From Myxococcota bacterium (lineage in GTDB: Bacteria > Myxococcota_A > Polyangia > Polyangiales > Sandaracinaceae), in NCBI GenBank assembly GCA_036149055.1, contig JAYZQJ010000038.1, positions 12,343 to 76,342 on the forward strand: a stretch of 64,000 bases of DNA, written 5' to 3'. The notes under the pieces are model-generated. The model made no database searches and was not told the DNA's origin. It worked only from the letters and a program-made list of their open reading frames with translations. Shown here piece by piece: positions 30,321 through 39,817 of this stretch. Position 1 is the stretch's first letter; every line of letters starts with the position of its first letter. The position numbers and the translations under genes are program-made.

Positions 30321-32258
30321 ATGGCCGACGCGCTCGTGCTCGACGACGTCCCGGAGGGCGTCTGGCGCGCGTTCCAGGAAGACGACCTGCGTCGACACAC
30401 CGCGGCCTGGGCCCACGACGCACATCTGGCGCGGTGGCGACGGTCTCGCGCCCTCGGCGCCTCGTCGGACGGGGCGCCGGTCGACGACGCGCTCGTGCGC
30501 GGCGAAGACCTGAAGCTCCGGGCCGAGCACGTGGAGATGCTCGACGTCCTCGGCGCCTCCGCGCTCGCCCGGGCCACCGCGCAGGTGTCCGCCCACGACT
30601 TCGTCCTGCTCCTGGCCGACGCGGACGGGGTCGTGGTCCGCAGCGCGGGCGGCGGCGACTTCCGCACCGAGGCCGAGCGCGTCCGGCTGATCGAGGGCGC
30701 GAGCTGGGGGGAGCCGGTCCGGGGCACGAACGCGATCGGGACCGCCGCGTCCGAGGGCCGCCCGACCATCGTGCTCGGCCGCGCGCACTACGGCCGGAGC
30801 TATCACCGCCTCGCCTGTTACGCGGCGCCGGTGCTCGACCCGAGCGGTCGGGTCGCGGCGGTGCTCGACGCGACGTCGACGATCGAGCACGCCACGCCGC
30901 AGGTCGGTGACGCGGTCTTCGCCGCGGCCGGCGCGCTCACCGAGCTGCTCCGCCTCGAGGCCTACGCGAGCGCGGGCGGCGCCATGCTCCGGGTGCTGTC
31001 CCGGGCCCTCGACCGGAGCGACGCGCCGGCGATGCTCGTGGAGCCGCCGGGCCGCATCACGCGCATGAACGCGAGCGCGCGGACCCTGCTCTCGGGCGCC
31101 CCGGCCGGCGGCCAGGCGCGGGCGCTGATCGGGCTGGACTGGGCGACGCTCGAGGCGGAGGCGTTCACGCCGACCGCGGGCGGCCGGCCGATCGGCCCCG
31201 ATCTCCGCGCGCACGTGGAGCCGCTGGTCGGCGCCTCCGGCGCGCCGCTCGCGCTGATCGTGCACCTCGAGCCGCGCTCCCGTTCGACGCCGCGCCCGGC
31301 GCCGCCCCGGCCCCCGCAGCGGCGCGCGTCGGTGCCCTTCGCCGAGATCGTCTGCGAGGACCCGACGCTGACCGACGCGATCGAGTGGGCCCGGCTCGTC
31401 GCGGCGAGCGAGCTCCCGGTGATGCTCCTGGCCGAGACCGGCGCCGGCAAGGAGCTGTTCGCCAAGGCCATTCACGCCGCGAGCCCGCGCGCCGCCGGCC
31501 CCTTCGTCGCGGTGAACTGTGGCGCCATCGCTCCCTCTCTGCTCGAGAGCGAGCTCTTCGGCTACGCGCCCGGCGCGTTCACCGGCGCGGACAAGCGCGG
31601 GCGCCCCGGGCTCTTCCACGCGGCGAGCGGCGGCACGCTCTTCCTCGACGAGGTGGCGGAGATGCCGCTCGCCATGCAGGCCGCCTTGCTCCGCGTGCTC
31701 GAGTCCGGCCGCTACCAGCGGGTGGGCGACACCCGCCCCGAGGAGAGCGACGTGCGGGTGGTCTGCGCCACCTGTCGCGACCTCGAGGGCGCCATCGAGG
31801 CGGGCACGTTCCGGCGCGACCTCTACTACCGCCTCAAGGGCGCGGCCCTCCGCATCCCGGCGCTGCGCGATCGCGAGGACGTGATCCCCCTCGCCCGCGC
31901 GCTCCTCGCCCAGCGCGCCGCGCGGCTCGGGCTCCCCGCGCCGACCCTCTCCAGCGACGCCGAGCGCGCGATCGCCGCCCACGACTGGCCGGGCAACGTG
32001 CGCGAGCTGATCTCCACCCTCGACGTCGCCCTCGTCGCCGCGCGCGGCGCGCCCGAGCTCGACGCCTCACACCTCCCCATCGACCCGCCCGAGCGCCCGG
32101 AGCCGCCCCGCGGAGGCCTGCTGCGCGCCGAAGCCGAGGCGCTCCGCGCGGCCCTCGCCAAGTACCGAGGCAACGTCAGCGCCGCCGCCCGCGAGCTCGG
32201 CATCGCGCGAAGCACCCTCTACCGCCTCGCCCGTCGCGCGGGCGTCTCGATTCGCTAG
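30321..32258 (+). CDS. Sigma54-dependent enhancer-binding protein with a GAF domain (AcoR-like)
   Basis: [11 protein letters not shown]; Walker [26 protein letters not shown] and WPGNVREL motifs; Fis [13 protein letters not shown]. Confidence 0.93.
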   Translation: MADALVLDDVPEGVWRAFQEDDLRRHTAAWAHDAHLARWRRSRALGASSDGAPVDDALVRGEDLKLRAEHVEMLDVLGASALARATAQVSAHDFVLLLADADGVVVRSAGGGDFRTEAERVRLIEGASWGEPVRGTNAIGTAASEGRPTIVLGRAHYGRSYHRLACYAAPVLDPSGRVAAVLDATSTIEHATPQVGDAVFAAAGALTELLRLEAYASAGGAMLRVLSRALDRSDAPAMLVEPPGRITRMNASARTLLSGAPAGGQARALIGLDWATLEAEAFTPTAGGRPIGPDLRAHVEPLVGASGAPLALIVHLEPRSRSTPRPAPPRPPQRRASVPFAEIVCEDPTLTDAIEWARLVAASELPVMLLAETGAGKELFAKAIHAASPRAAGPFVAVNCGAIAPSLLESELFGYAPGAFTGADKRGRPGLFHAASGGTLFLDEVAEMPLAMQAALLRVLESGRYQRVGDTRPEESDVRVVCATCRDLEGAIEAGTFRRDLYYRLKGAALRIPALRDREDVIPLARALLAQRAARLGLPAPTLSSDAERAIAAHDWPGNVRELISTLDVALVAARGAPELDASHLPIDPPERPEPPRGGLLRAEAEALRAALAKYRGNVSAAARELGIARSTLYRLARRAGVSIR

Positions 32259-32259
32259 C

Positions 32260-33635
32260 CTCCCTCCCTCACGTGAGGTCGAGGGGGGCAACCGATCTCA
32301 CGCAAAGACGCCAAAGCGCCGAGTGGCCGCGGGATGGCGCATGGCCGGGTCTCGGCGGACTGCCCTCTTCTCGGGGGACGCTTCGGTGGCTTTTTTGGCT
32401 CTCGCAAGGCGCCAAGCCGCCAAGGGGTTGGGTGGCCGCGGGATGGTGGATGGCCAGATCGTGCCTTCTTCGTGTGAAGAACGAGGGGCAACTAATTTCA
32501 CGTAAAGGCGCGAGAGGCCGAGCTCGGAAGGCAATTGGTTTCTCGCAGAGTCGCAGAGGCGCAGAGGGAGGTAGGTGGCCGCGGGGTGGCGGATGGCCAG
32601 GTCGTGCCTGCTGCTGGCCACCTCGAAGGTGTGCCTCCCTCGTGTGAAGAACGAGGGGCAACTAATTTCACGCAAAGACGCAAAGACGCAAAGGGGCGGG
32701 AGGCCGCGGGCTGGCGGATGGCCGGGGCCTGGCGGCCTGGCCGCTCCTGGGCGGCTGCCCCTTCTCCGCTTCTCCGAGTCGGCTTCTCGGGAGAGGAGCT
32801 GGGAAGGTAACCCCTCCGGTCAACCCGCCATCGGGCACCCGCACGCCCCACCTCTGCGTCTCTGCGCCTCTGCGTGAGACAAAATCGAGGAAAGGCAGAT
32901 TCGTCGAACGAGCAGTAGGCCGGGCGGCGGCGAGCCTCCATCCCGGTGCCCGCCAGGCCCTTTGCGGCTTCGCGGCTTGGCGAGAGTCAACCCGAGCCAG
33001 ATGCAGACTCGTCGAAGAGGCAGCCTGCCGAGCGTCGGCGAGCCGCCATCCCGCGGCCAGCTCACCCCTCTGCGCCTCTGCGCCTCTGCGTGAGACAAAC
33101 TCGAAGAAAGGCAGATTCGTCGAACGAGCAGTAGGCCGAGGTGGCGAGCCTCCATCCCGGTGCCCGCCAAGCCCTTTGCGGCTTCGCGGCTTGGCGAGAG
33201 CCAACCCGAGCCAGACGCAGACTCGTCGAAGAAGCAGTAGGCCGAGCGGTGGCGAGCCTCCATCCCGGTGCCCGCCAGGCCCTTTGCGGCTTCGCGGCTT
33301 GGCGAGAGCCAACACGAGCCAGACGCAGACTCGTCGAAGAAGCAGTAGGCCGAACGGCGGCGAGCCTCCATCCCGGTGCCCGCCAAGCCCTTTGCGTCTT
33401 TGCGTCTTTGCGTGACACCCACTCGAATCCACGCAGATTCGTCGAAGAGTCAGCCTGCCGAGCGTCGGCGATCCGCCATCCCGCGGCCAGCTCACCCCTC
33501 TGCGCCTCTGCGCCTCTGCGTGAGACAAACTCGAAGAAAAGGCAGATTCGTCGAACGAGCAGTAGGCCGAGCGGTGGCGAGCCTCCAACCCGCCGCCCGC
33601 CAGGCCCTCGGCGGCTTGGCGAGAGCCACTTCGAG
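32260..33635. repeat. Non-coding array of ~100-108 bp repeats in two opposed blocks between convergent genes
   Basis: The left block has plus-strand cores TCWCGCARAG-RCGCARAG-RCGCARAG-GGG..GGCCGCGGGATGG at about 32298, 32400, 32498 (partial), 32541 and 32668. The right block has reverse-oriented units starting at 32851, 32959, 33067, 33173, 33281, 33389, 33497 and 33606 (partial). Confidence 0.9.
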
Positions 33636-33637
33636 GG

Positions 33638-35062
33638 TCAGAGGTCGGGCCAGAACCGAGTGGGGAGGCCGGTGGTCTGCATGAGGGCGGCGAGGTCCAT
33701 GCTGATGGCCACGGTCACGTGGATCAGGAAGCCGCTCCAGATGCTGCGGGTGCGGAGGGCGAGGGTGCCGAGCACCACGCCGGCGAGGATGGCCGCGATC
33801 GTCTCGGGGAACGGCTTGCCGAAGTGGATCATGCAGTAGGGCACGACCATCGCGAAGATCGCGTGGCTGCCCATCATCGACTTGGACGCCTTCACCCAGA
33901 AGCCGCGGAAGAAGAACTCCAGGGAGAAGAATTGCACCGCGTACAGCGCCTCCCAGGCCCAGAAGTCGTACCAGCTCCGCGCCGACGCCTTGTAGAAGGG
34001 GTAGTAGAGCTTGAAGCTGTCCTCGAACGAGACGCCGACGACGGCGACGAGCACCGGGATGAGCAGGACGCCGTAGATCCAGGCGTGCGACGCGAAGCCG
34101 CGGACCTGGAGGCCGTGGTCGGCGATGCGCTCGCCGAGGAGCTTCAGCACCAGGGCGGGCAGGAGGAAGAAGCCGAGCAGGCGCCAGCCCGACCACCACA
34201 TGAACGACATCAGCCGGCCGAAGGGGCCCTCGTGGATCTCGAGCGCGCGCGCCCAGAAGGGCGTGGCCTCCTCGCCCGGCGGGTTCATCGCCGTCACCAG
34301 GTCGCGCAGGTCCGGGTGATGGCCGAAGTACTCCATCAGCGACAGGAAGACCGCGCCGAGGCAGAAGACCGCGAGGGGCCGCCAGTCGTACTCGCCGCGC
34401 TCGCGGCGCGCCTCCTTCTCCTTCACCGCCTCCCGGTCGAGCTCCACCCACGACTCGTAGAGGAACATCGCCAGCGGCACGCGCTGCCAGAGCCGAGGGA
34501 CGAAGACGGCGCCGACGGCGAGGGGGATCTGGAGCGGGTTGATCAGCGCGAGCTTCTCTCCGAGCGTCGGCGGATCCGGGACCGCGAAGTCGGGCTCGCT
34601 CGGCGCGGCGCGGTCGAGGTGATCGAGCAGGGTGAGGAGCCCGCTGACGATGAGCGCGACCGCGGCGAAGGGGCCGTAGGGGTGGGCGGCCACGATCTCG
34701 CGGAACGTCTCCACCTCGACGAGCGCGGGGTAGAGGAGGCCGGTCGCGCCGGCCGCGATCAGCGCCACGCCGAGGGGGAGGCTCCAGGGATCGCTCGGGA
34801 CCCCGGCGCCGGTCCGTCGGGCGTCCGCGTCCCGGCGGAAGCGGGCCACCATGCGCAGGCCGGTCGCCGCGACCATCACCGCCGCGCCGATCAGCCCGAG
34901 CAGGGCCCCCTGCATGATCACGACCGCGGCCGCGCCGGCGGCGAACAGCAGCCAGGACGCGCGGATCGCGCCGCCGACCCAGGCCGGGACCGGGCTGGCC
35001 GTGCGCTCCTCCGCGGACGGCTCCGTCGGTGGGCCAGGCCGCTTCTTTCGCCGCCGCGCCAT
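33638..35062 (-). CDS. CPBP (CAAX/Abi) family intramembrane glutamic protease with extra N-terminal TM segments
   Basis: LEFFFRG, MIHFGKPFPE and FLIHVTVA motifs; many TM helices; starts 8 bp after the gltX stop. Confidence 0.85.
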   Translation of the reverse strand: MARRRKKRPGPPTEPSAEERTASPVPAWVGGAIRASWLLFAAGAAAVVIMQGALLGLIGAAVMVAATGLRMVARFRRDADARRTGAGVPSDPWSLPLGVALIAAGATGLLYPALVEVETFREIVAAHPYGPFAAVALIVSGLLTLLDHLDRAAPSEPDFAVPDPPTLGEKLALINPLQIPLAVGAVFVPRLWQRVPLAMFLYESWVELDREAVKEKEARRERGEYDWRPLAVFCLGAVFLSLMEYFGHHPDLRDLVTAMNPPGEEATPFWARALEIHEGPFGRLMSFMWWSGWRLLGFFLLPALVLKLLGERIADHGLQVRGFASHAWIYGVLLIPVLVAVVGVSFEDSFKLYYPFYKASARSWYDFWAWEALYAVQFFSLEFFFRGFWVKASKSMMGSHAIFAMVVPYCMIHFGKPFPETIAAILAGVVLGTLALRTRSIWSGFLIHVTVAISMDLAALMQTTGLPTRFWPDL

Positions 35063-35070
35063 GTCGCGGC

Positions 35071-36516
35071 TCAGTCTTCGCTGGCTTCCATGGCCGCGAC
35101 GCCCGCGTCGAGGCGGGCGAGGCAGCGCTCCTTGCCGAGCACCTCCATCACCTCGAAGAGGCCGGGGGTGGCGCTCCGGCCGCTGAGCGAGACCCGCACC
35201 GCCTGCGCGTAGTCCTTGAAGCCGAGCCCCTCGGCCTCCATCCACGCCTTCACCGCCGCCTCGAGGCTCGCGCGGTCGAAGCTCTCCTGGCCGGCCAGCA
35301 GCGCGCGCAGGCTCTTCACCGGCGCGGCGAACTTCGGCTTCAGGAACTTCTTCGTCGCCTTCCCGTCGGGCTGGGGCGTCTCGCGGAAGTAGTAGTCGAT
35401 CATGTCGGCCACGTCGGCGAGGGTCTCGGCGCGCTGCCGGACCGTCTCGACCGCGGGGACGAGGCGCGGATCGGCCGGGTCGATCTCGAGGCCGTTCTTC
35501 TTCGCGAAGGGCAGCGCCGCCTCGGCCAGCGCCTCGCCGGGCATCTGCCGGAGGTGATGCGCCTGGACCGAGAGGAACTTCTTCTCGTCGTAGCGCGCGC
35601 CCTCCTTGCCGACCGAGCTCCAGTCGAACGCCTCGATCAGCTCCTCGCGGGTGAACAGCTCCTGGTCGCCGTGGCTCCAGCCGAGGCGCGCCAGGTAGTT
35701 CACCACCCCGTCGGGCACGAAGCCGCGCTCGCGGTAGATCTCGACCGAGCCCGCGTCGGCGCGCTTGCTCATCTTCTTGCCGCGCTCGTCCAGGATCATC
35801 GGCATGTGGGCGAACGCGGGCGGCTCCTGACCCATCGCCTGGTAGAGCAGGATCTGCACCGGCGTGTTGATCATGTGGTCGTCGCCGCGGGCCACGAGGG
35901 TGATCCCCATCTCGAGGTCGTCGACGACGCAGCCGAAGTTGTAGAGCGGCACCCCGTCCGAGCGGAGGAGCACCTCGTCCTGCATCTCGGAGTGGGCGAT
36001 CTCGATGCGGCCCTTCACCAGGTCGTCCCAGGCGGTGGCGCCGCCTTCGGGCACCTTGATGCGGTAGACGAAGGGCTGATCCTCGGGCCAGTCGCTCGGC
36101 CCCTTGTCGCGCCACCAGCCCGGGTACTTGAAGCCCTGGCGGCCGTGCTCCTTCTCGAAGGCGGCCCGCGCCTCGGCGAGCTGCTCCTTGGTCGCGTAGC
36201 AGCGGTACGCGTGACCGCTCTCGACCAGGGCGTCGGCGTGCTTCCGGTAGAGGTCGAGGCGCTGGGTCTGGAAGTACGGCCCGTGATCGCCGCCCTTGCC
36301 CGGGCCCTCGTCCCAGTCGAGCCCGAGCCACTCCATCGCGTCGAAGATGGCCTGGACGCTCTCGTCGGTGCTGCGCTTGCGGTCGGTGTCCTCGATCCGG
36401 AGCACGAACGTGCCGCCGGTCTTCCTGGCCCAGAGCCAGTTGTAGAGCGCGGACCGCGCGCCGCCGATGTGGAGGTAGCCGGTGGGCGAAGGGGCGAACC
36501 GAAGGCGGGGCTTCAT
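35071..36516 (-). CDS. gltX: Glutamate--tRNA ligase
   Basis: RFAPSPTGYLHIGG (HIGH), LRIEDTD, ARGDDH and KMSKR motifs. Confidence 0.97.
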   Translation of the reverse strand: MKPRLRFAPSPTGYLHIGGARSALYNWLWARKTGGTFVLRIEDTDRKRSTDESVQAIFDAMEWLGLDWDEGPGKGGDHGPYFQTQRLDLYRKHADALVESGHAYRCYATKEQLAEARAAFEKEHGRQGFKYPGWWRDKGPSDWPEDQPFVYRIKVPEGGATAWDDLVKGRIEIAHSEMQDEVLLRSDGVPLYNFGCVVDDLEMGITLVARGDDHMINTPVQILLYQAMGQEPPAFAHMPMILDERGKKMSKRADAGSVEIYRERGFVPDGVVNYLARLGWSHGDQELFTREELIEAFDWSSVGKEGARYDEKKFLSVQAHHLRQMPGEALAEAALPFAKKNGLEIDPADPRLVPAVETVRQRAETLADVADMIDYYFRETPQPDGKATKKFLKPKFAAPVKSLRALLAGQESFDRASLEAAVKAWMEAEGLGFKDYAQAVRVSLSGRSATPGLFEVMEVLGKERCLARLDAGVAAMEASED

Positions 36517-36612
36517 GGTCGCTCGCAAGTAGCAATCCGCGGCTTTCCCAGCAAGCGCGCGCTCGGGAGGGTTGACCCGGATCGCGGCGAACTCCAGGAT
36601 GGCCGGCCCTCC

Positions 36613-37983
36613 ATGGCTCGAATCCAGGCTCACACCGCCGATCCCCAGGCCCTCGCCGCGAAGCTGAACCGCGGGGTTCGCAAGAAGCACGCGCGCCTCA
36701 CCTACGAGGGGCGGGTGCCCTTCGGGGAGGCGCTCTCCATCGATCGCTGGCGGCTCGGCAACGGGCTGGCGATCCTGCTCCTCGAGGATCACGCGGCGCC
36801 CGTCGTCAGCTACCACACCTGGTATCGCGTGGGCTCCCGCTACGAGGAGGAGGGCAAGACCGGCCTCGCCCACTTCTTCGAGCACATGATGTTCAACGAG
36901 ACCTCGAACCTGCCCTGGGGCGAGTTCGACCGGAAGATGGAGGCCGCGGGGGGCGAGACGAACGCCGCGACCTGGATCGACTGGACCTATTACTACGAGA
37001 GCCTCCCGCGCGAGGAGGTCGGCCTCGCGGTCGAGCTCGAGGCGGACCGCATGGCCAACCTGGTCGTGCGCGAGAAGCAGGTCGAGTCGGAGCGCGAGGT
37101 CGTCGCCAACGAGCGGCGCATGGCGGTCGAGGACGACGTGCACGGCGCCGCCGACGAGCGGCTCCACGGCCTCGCCTACGGCCGGGAGCATCCCCACGGC
37201 TGGCCCACCATCGGCTGGATGGCCGACATCGAGGGCTACCGCGTGAAGGACTGCCGTCAGTTCTACGACACCTGGTACGCGCCCAACAACGCCACCGTGA
37301 TCGTGGTCGGCGACGTCGACCCCGAGGATCTGCTGCCCCGGATCCAGGCCGAGTACGGGGCGCTGCGCCCGTCGAAGATCACCCCGCGGCCGGCCCCCGC
37401 GGCCACTCGGCAGCGCCGCGAGCGGCGGGCGGAGATGCGCTGGCCCACGCCCTCGGAGAAGCTCGCCCTGGCCTGGCACGCCGCGCCGCACGCCAGCTTC
37501 GACCACGCGGTCCTCGAGATCATCGACGAGCTCTGGACCGGCGGCCGCAGCGCCCGGCTCCGGCGACGGCTGGTCGACGAGATGGAGATCGTCGCCGAGC
37601 TGCGCGGCGGCGTCAGCGGCCTCCAGCACGGCGGGCTCTTCGATCTCTGGCTCTCGATGCGCGAGGACGTGGCCGCCCAGCGGGCCCTCGACGTGATCGA
37701 CGAGGAGGTCGCCCGGCTGATCACCGAGGAGGTGCCGGAGGCCGAGCTGAGCAAGGTGAAGGCGCGGACCGAGCTGTTCTTCCTCGGCGAGATCGAGACC
37801 ACCAGCGGCAAGGCCTCGCAGATCGGCTTCGGAGAGACGGTGACCGGCGACCCCGCCCACACCTTCGTGCGCCTCGAGGAGCTGCGCCGCGTGACCCAGG
37901 ACGACGTCCGCCGCGTCGCCGCGAAGTACCTGAAGCCCGGCCGCCGCTCGATCGTGCACGTGCGGCCGAAGGGAGAGGCATGA
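36613..37983 (+). CDS. M16 (pitrilysin-like) zinc peptidase, catalytic subunit
   Basis: GLAHFFEHMMF (HxxEH), NAAT, EREVVANER and YAPNNA motifs. Confidence 0.93.
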   Translation: MARIQAHTADPQALAAKLNRGVRKKHARLTYEGRVPFGEALSIDRWRLGNGLAILLLEDHAAPVVSYHTWYRVGSRYEEEGKTGLAHFFEHMMFNETSNLPWGEFDRKMEAAGGETNAATWIDWTYYYESLPREEVGLAVELEADRMANLVVREKQVESEREVVANERRMAVEDDVHGAADERLHGLAYGREHPHGWPTIGWMADIEGYRVKDCRQFYDTWYAPNNATVIVVGDVDPEDLLPRIQAEYGALRPSKITPRPAPAATRQRRERRAEMRWPTPSEKLALAWHAAPHASFDHAVLEIIDELWTGGRSARLRRRLVDEMEIVAELRGGVSGLQHGGLFDLWLSMREDVAAQRALDVIDEEVARLITEEVPEAELSKVKARTELFFLGEIETTSGKASQIGFGETVTGDPAHTFVRLEELRRVTQDDVRRVAAKYLKPGRRSIVHVRPKGEA

Positions 37984-39302
37984 GCGCCCGCGTCCCCGGG
38001 CCGCGTTTTCACACCGCGGCCGGCATCCCCGTCTTCCTCGAGCCCTCCCACGCGCTGCCCCTGGTCGACGTCGAGGTGGTCTTCCGGGTGGGGGCCATCA
38101 CCGATCCGGAGGGCCGCGAGGGCCTGACTCGGCTGGCGGCGCGGCTCGCCCGGCGCGGCCCCAAGGGCATGAGCGCCGAGCGCTTCGACGAGACGCTCGA
38201 CGCCCTCGGCGCGACCCTCGGCATGAGCGTGTCGACCGAGTGGATCCGGGTGCACGGCTCGGTGATCCGCCGGAACCTCGAGCCCTACCTCGGCCTGCTC
38301 GGGCGGATCCTCCGGGAGCCCGGCATGCGCGCCGCCGACTTCGCCCGGCTCCGGCGCAAGACCGAGGCGGAGCTCGTGCAGCTGCGCGATCACGATCGCC
38401 CGCTCGCGGCCCGGGCCTTCCGGGGCCAGCTCTTCGGGTCTCACCCCTATGGCCGCCCGGTCAGCGGCACGCTCGAGACGGTATCGGAGATGAAGCTGGC
38501 CGAGGTGAAGGCGCACTTCGCCAGCCTCGCGGTGAGCGGCAACCTGATCGTCGGGCTCGCCGGCGACGTGACCGAGGAGACGGTGCGCGACGCGATCGAG
38601 GGCGCGCTCGCCGGGCTCCCGGAGGCGAAGGCCTCGCGCGCCCGGGCCCCGAAGCCCCGCGCCAAGCGCGGGCGGCGCGTCCTGCTCGTCGACAAGCCCG
38701 ATCGGACGCAGACCCAGCTCTTCGTGGGCGGCCTCGGGCTGGCGATGGGCGACCCCGACTTCTGGCCGCTGCTCGTCGCGAACACCGCCTTCGGCGGCAC
38801 CTTCACCTCGCGCCTCGTGCACGAGGTGCGGAGCGAGCGCGGGTGGAGCTATGGCGCCGGCAGCAAGGTCGGCGTCGATCGGCAGCCGGACACCTTCTAC
38901 CTGTGGACGCACCCCGGGGCGGAGCAGGCGGTCGACTGCCTGGCCCTCGAGCTCGAGCTGCTCGACGGCTGGGTCCAGAAGGGTCTGACCGCCGACGAGG
39001 TCCGCCGGTCCAAGCAGTACCTGAAGAAGAGCCACGCCTTCGACCTCGAGACGGCGGCCAAGCGCCTCGACCCCCAGATCGACACGGAGCTCTTCGGTCT
39101 CGATCCCACCTGGCTCGCCGGCTACCTGCGTCACGTCGCCGGGGTCAGCCGCGCGTCGGCCAACGACGCCACGCGCCGCCGCATCCCGAGCGACGACTTG
39201 TCGATCACCCTGCTCGCGACGGCCGACACCCGGCTGGTCTCGGCCCTCGAGGGGCTGCCCGGGGTCCGCCAGGTCGACGTGGTGTCACACGAAACCGTGT
39301 GA
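37980..39302 (+). CDS. M16 peptidase family, non-catalytic partner subunit
   Basis: M16-type motifs (HPYGRP, FGGTFTSRL..EVRSERGWSY) without HxxEH; ATGA overlap with the previous gene. Confidence 0.88.
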   Translation: MSARVPGPRFHTAAGIPVFLEPSHALPLVDVEVVFRVGAITDPEGREGLTRLAARLARRGPKGMSAERFDETLDALGATLGMSVSTEWIRVHGSVIRRNLEPYLGLLGRILREPGMRAADFARLRRKTEAELVQLRDHDRPLAARAFRGQLFGSHPYGRPVSGTLETVSEMKLAEVKAHFASLAVSGNLIVGLAGDVTEETVRDAIEGALAGLPEAKASRARAPKPRAKRGRRVLLVDKPDRTQTQLFVGGLGLAMGDPDFWPLLVANTAFGGTFTSRLVHEVRSERGWSYGAGSKVGVDRQPDTFYLWTHPGAEQAVDCLALELELLDGWVQKGLTADEVRRSKQYLKKSHAFDLETAAKRLDPQIDTELFGLDPTWLAGYLRHVAGVSRASANDATRRRIPSDDLSITLLATADTRLVSALEGLPGVRQVDVVSHETV

Positions 39303-39560
39303 GCTGGCGCACGAATGTCTGCCGGCATTCGTGCGTTGGCGGCCTACGTACGTCCGCCGATCTCGCCGTCAAGGTTCTTACGGCTTCCCCCGGCGCAACA
39401 GCGCCCAAAGCCTCGGAATCACTGGCCTATGGCGAGCCTCGGGCGGTTCGGGCGGATCGCCGTGTGACAGCCTGTCGCGCGCGTCCAGCGATCCCTCGCC
39501 TGTAGAAGCGGATGGCGAAAGCCGTCTGATTCCGGTGTGTTGACGCGATCGCGGAGGCTC

Positions 39561-39575
39561 TGGCACATGCGTTGC
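39561..39575 (+). promoter_or_regulatory. Consensus sigma54 promoter TGGCAC-N5-TTGC
   Basis: TGGCACATGCGTTGC lies in a ~515 bp intergenic region, about 240 bp upstream of the next start codon. Confidence 0.78.
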
Positions 39576-39817
39576 CTGAGGAGTGCCCGCACCAAAGTCC
39601 GAGCTGTGCCTGGATGGAGGCACAGGCGGCCCGCCCGGAGGGGCGGGACGTTGACAGTGCGGTGACGATGGCGCTTACTTCGCCGCCCTCAGGGGCGTGC
39701 GGGGTCGCGCACGGAGTCGGCGTGCGGTCATCGAGACGGCGGCGCCGCGGGCAGAAGGCCCTCGGAGAGGTGAGGCCGGCGAGCCGGTCTTGCCGCGAAG
39801 CTAGGGAGAAACGTTCG

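Noticed and set aside
32498..33588. Repeat-protein ORFs (MEARHRSAYC.FDESA repeats; the 108-bp period equals 36 codons)
   Set aside because: Unit lengths of 106 and 109 bp shift the frame, similar peptides appear in several frames, and codon usage is atypical. They are best explained as by-products of non-coding repeats.
32260..33635. CRISPR array interpretation of the periodic repeats
   Set aside because: Whole ~108-bp units are homologous to each other with no unique spacers, the orientation flips midway, and there are no cas genes in the window.
39651..39681. Sigma70 promoter at TTGACA
   Set aside because: There is no acceptable -10 hexamer at 16-18 bp spacing.
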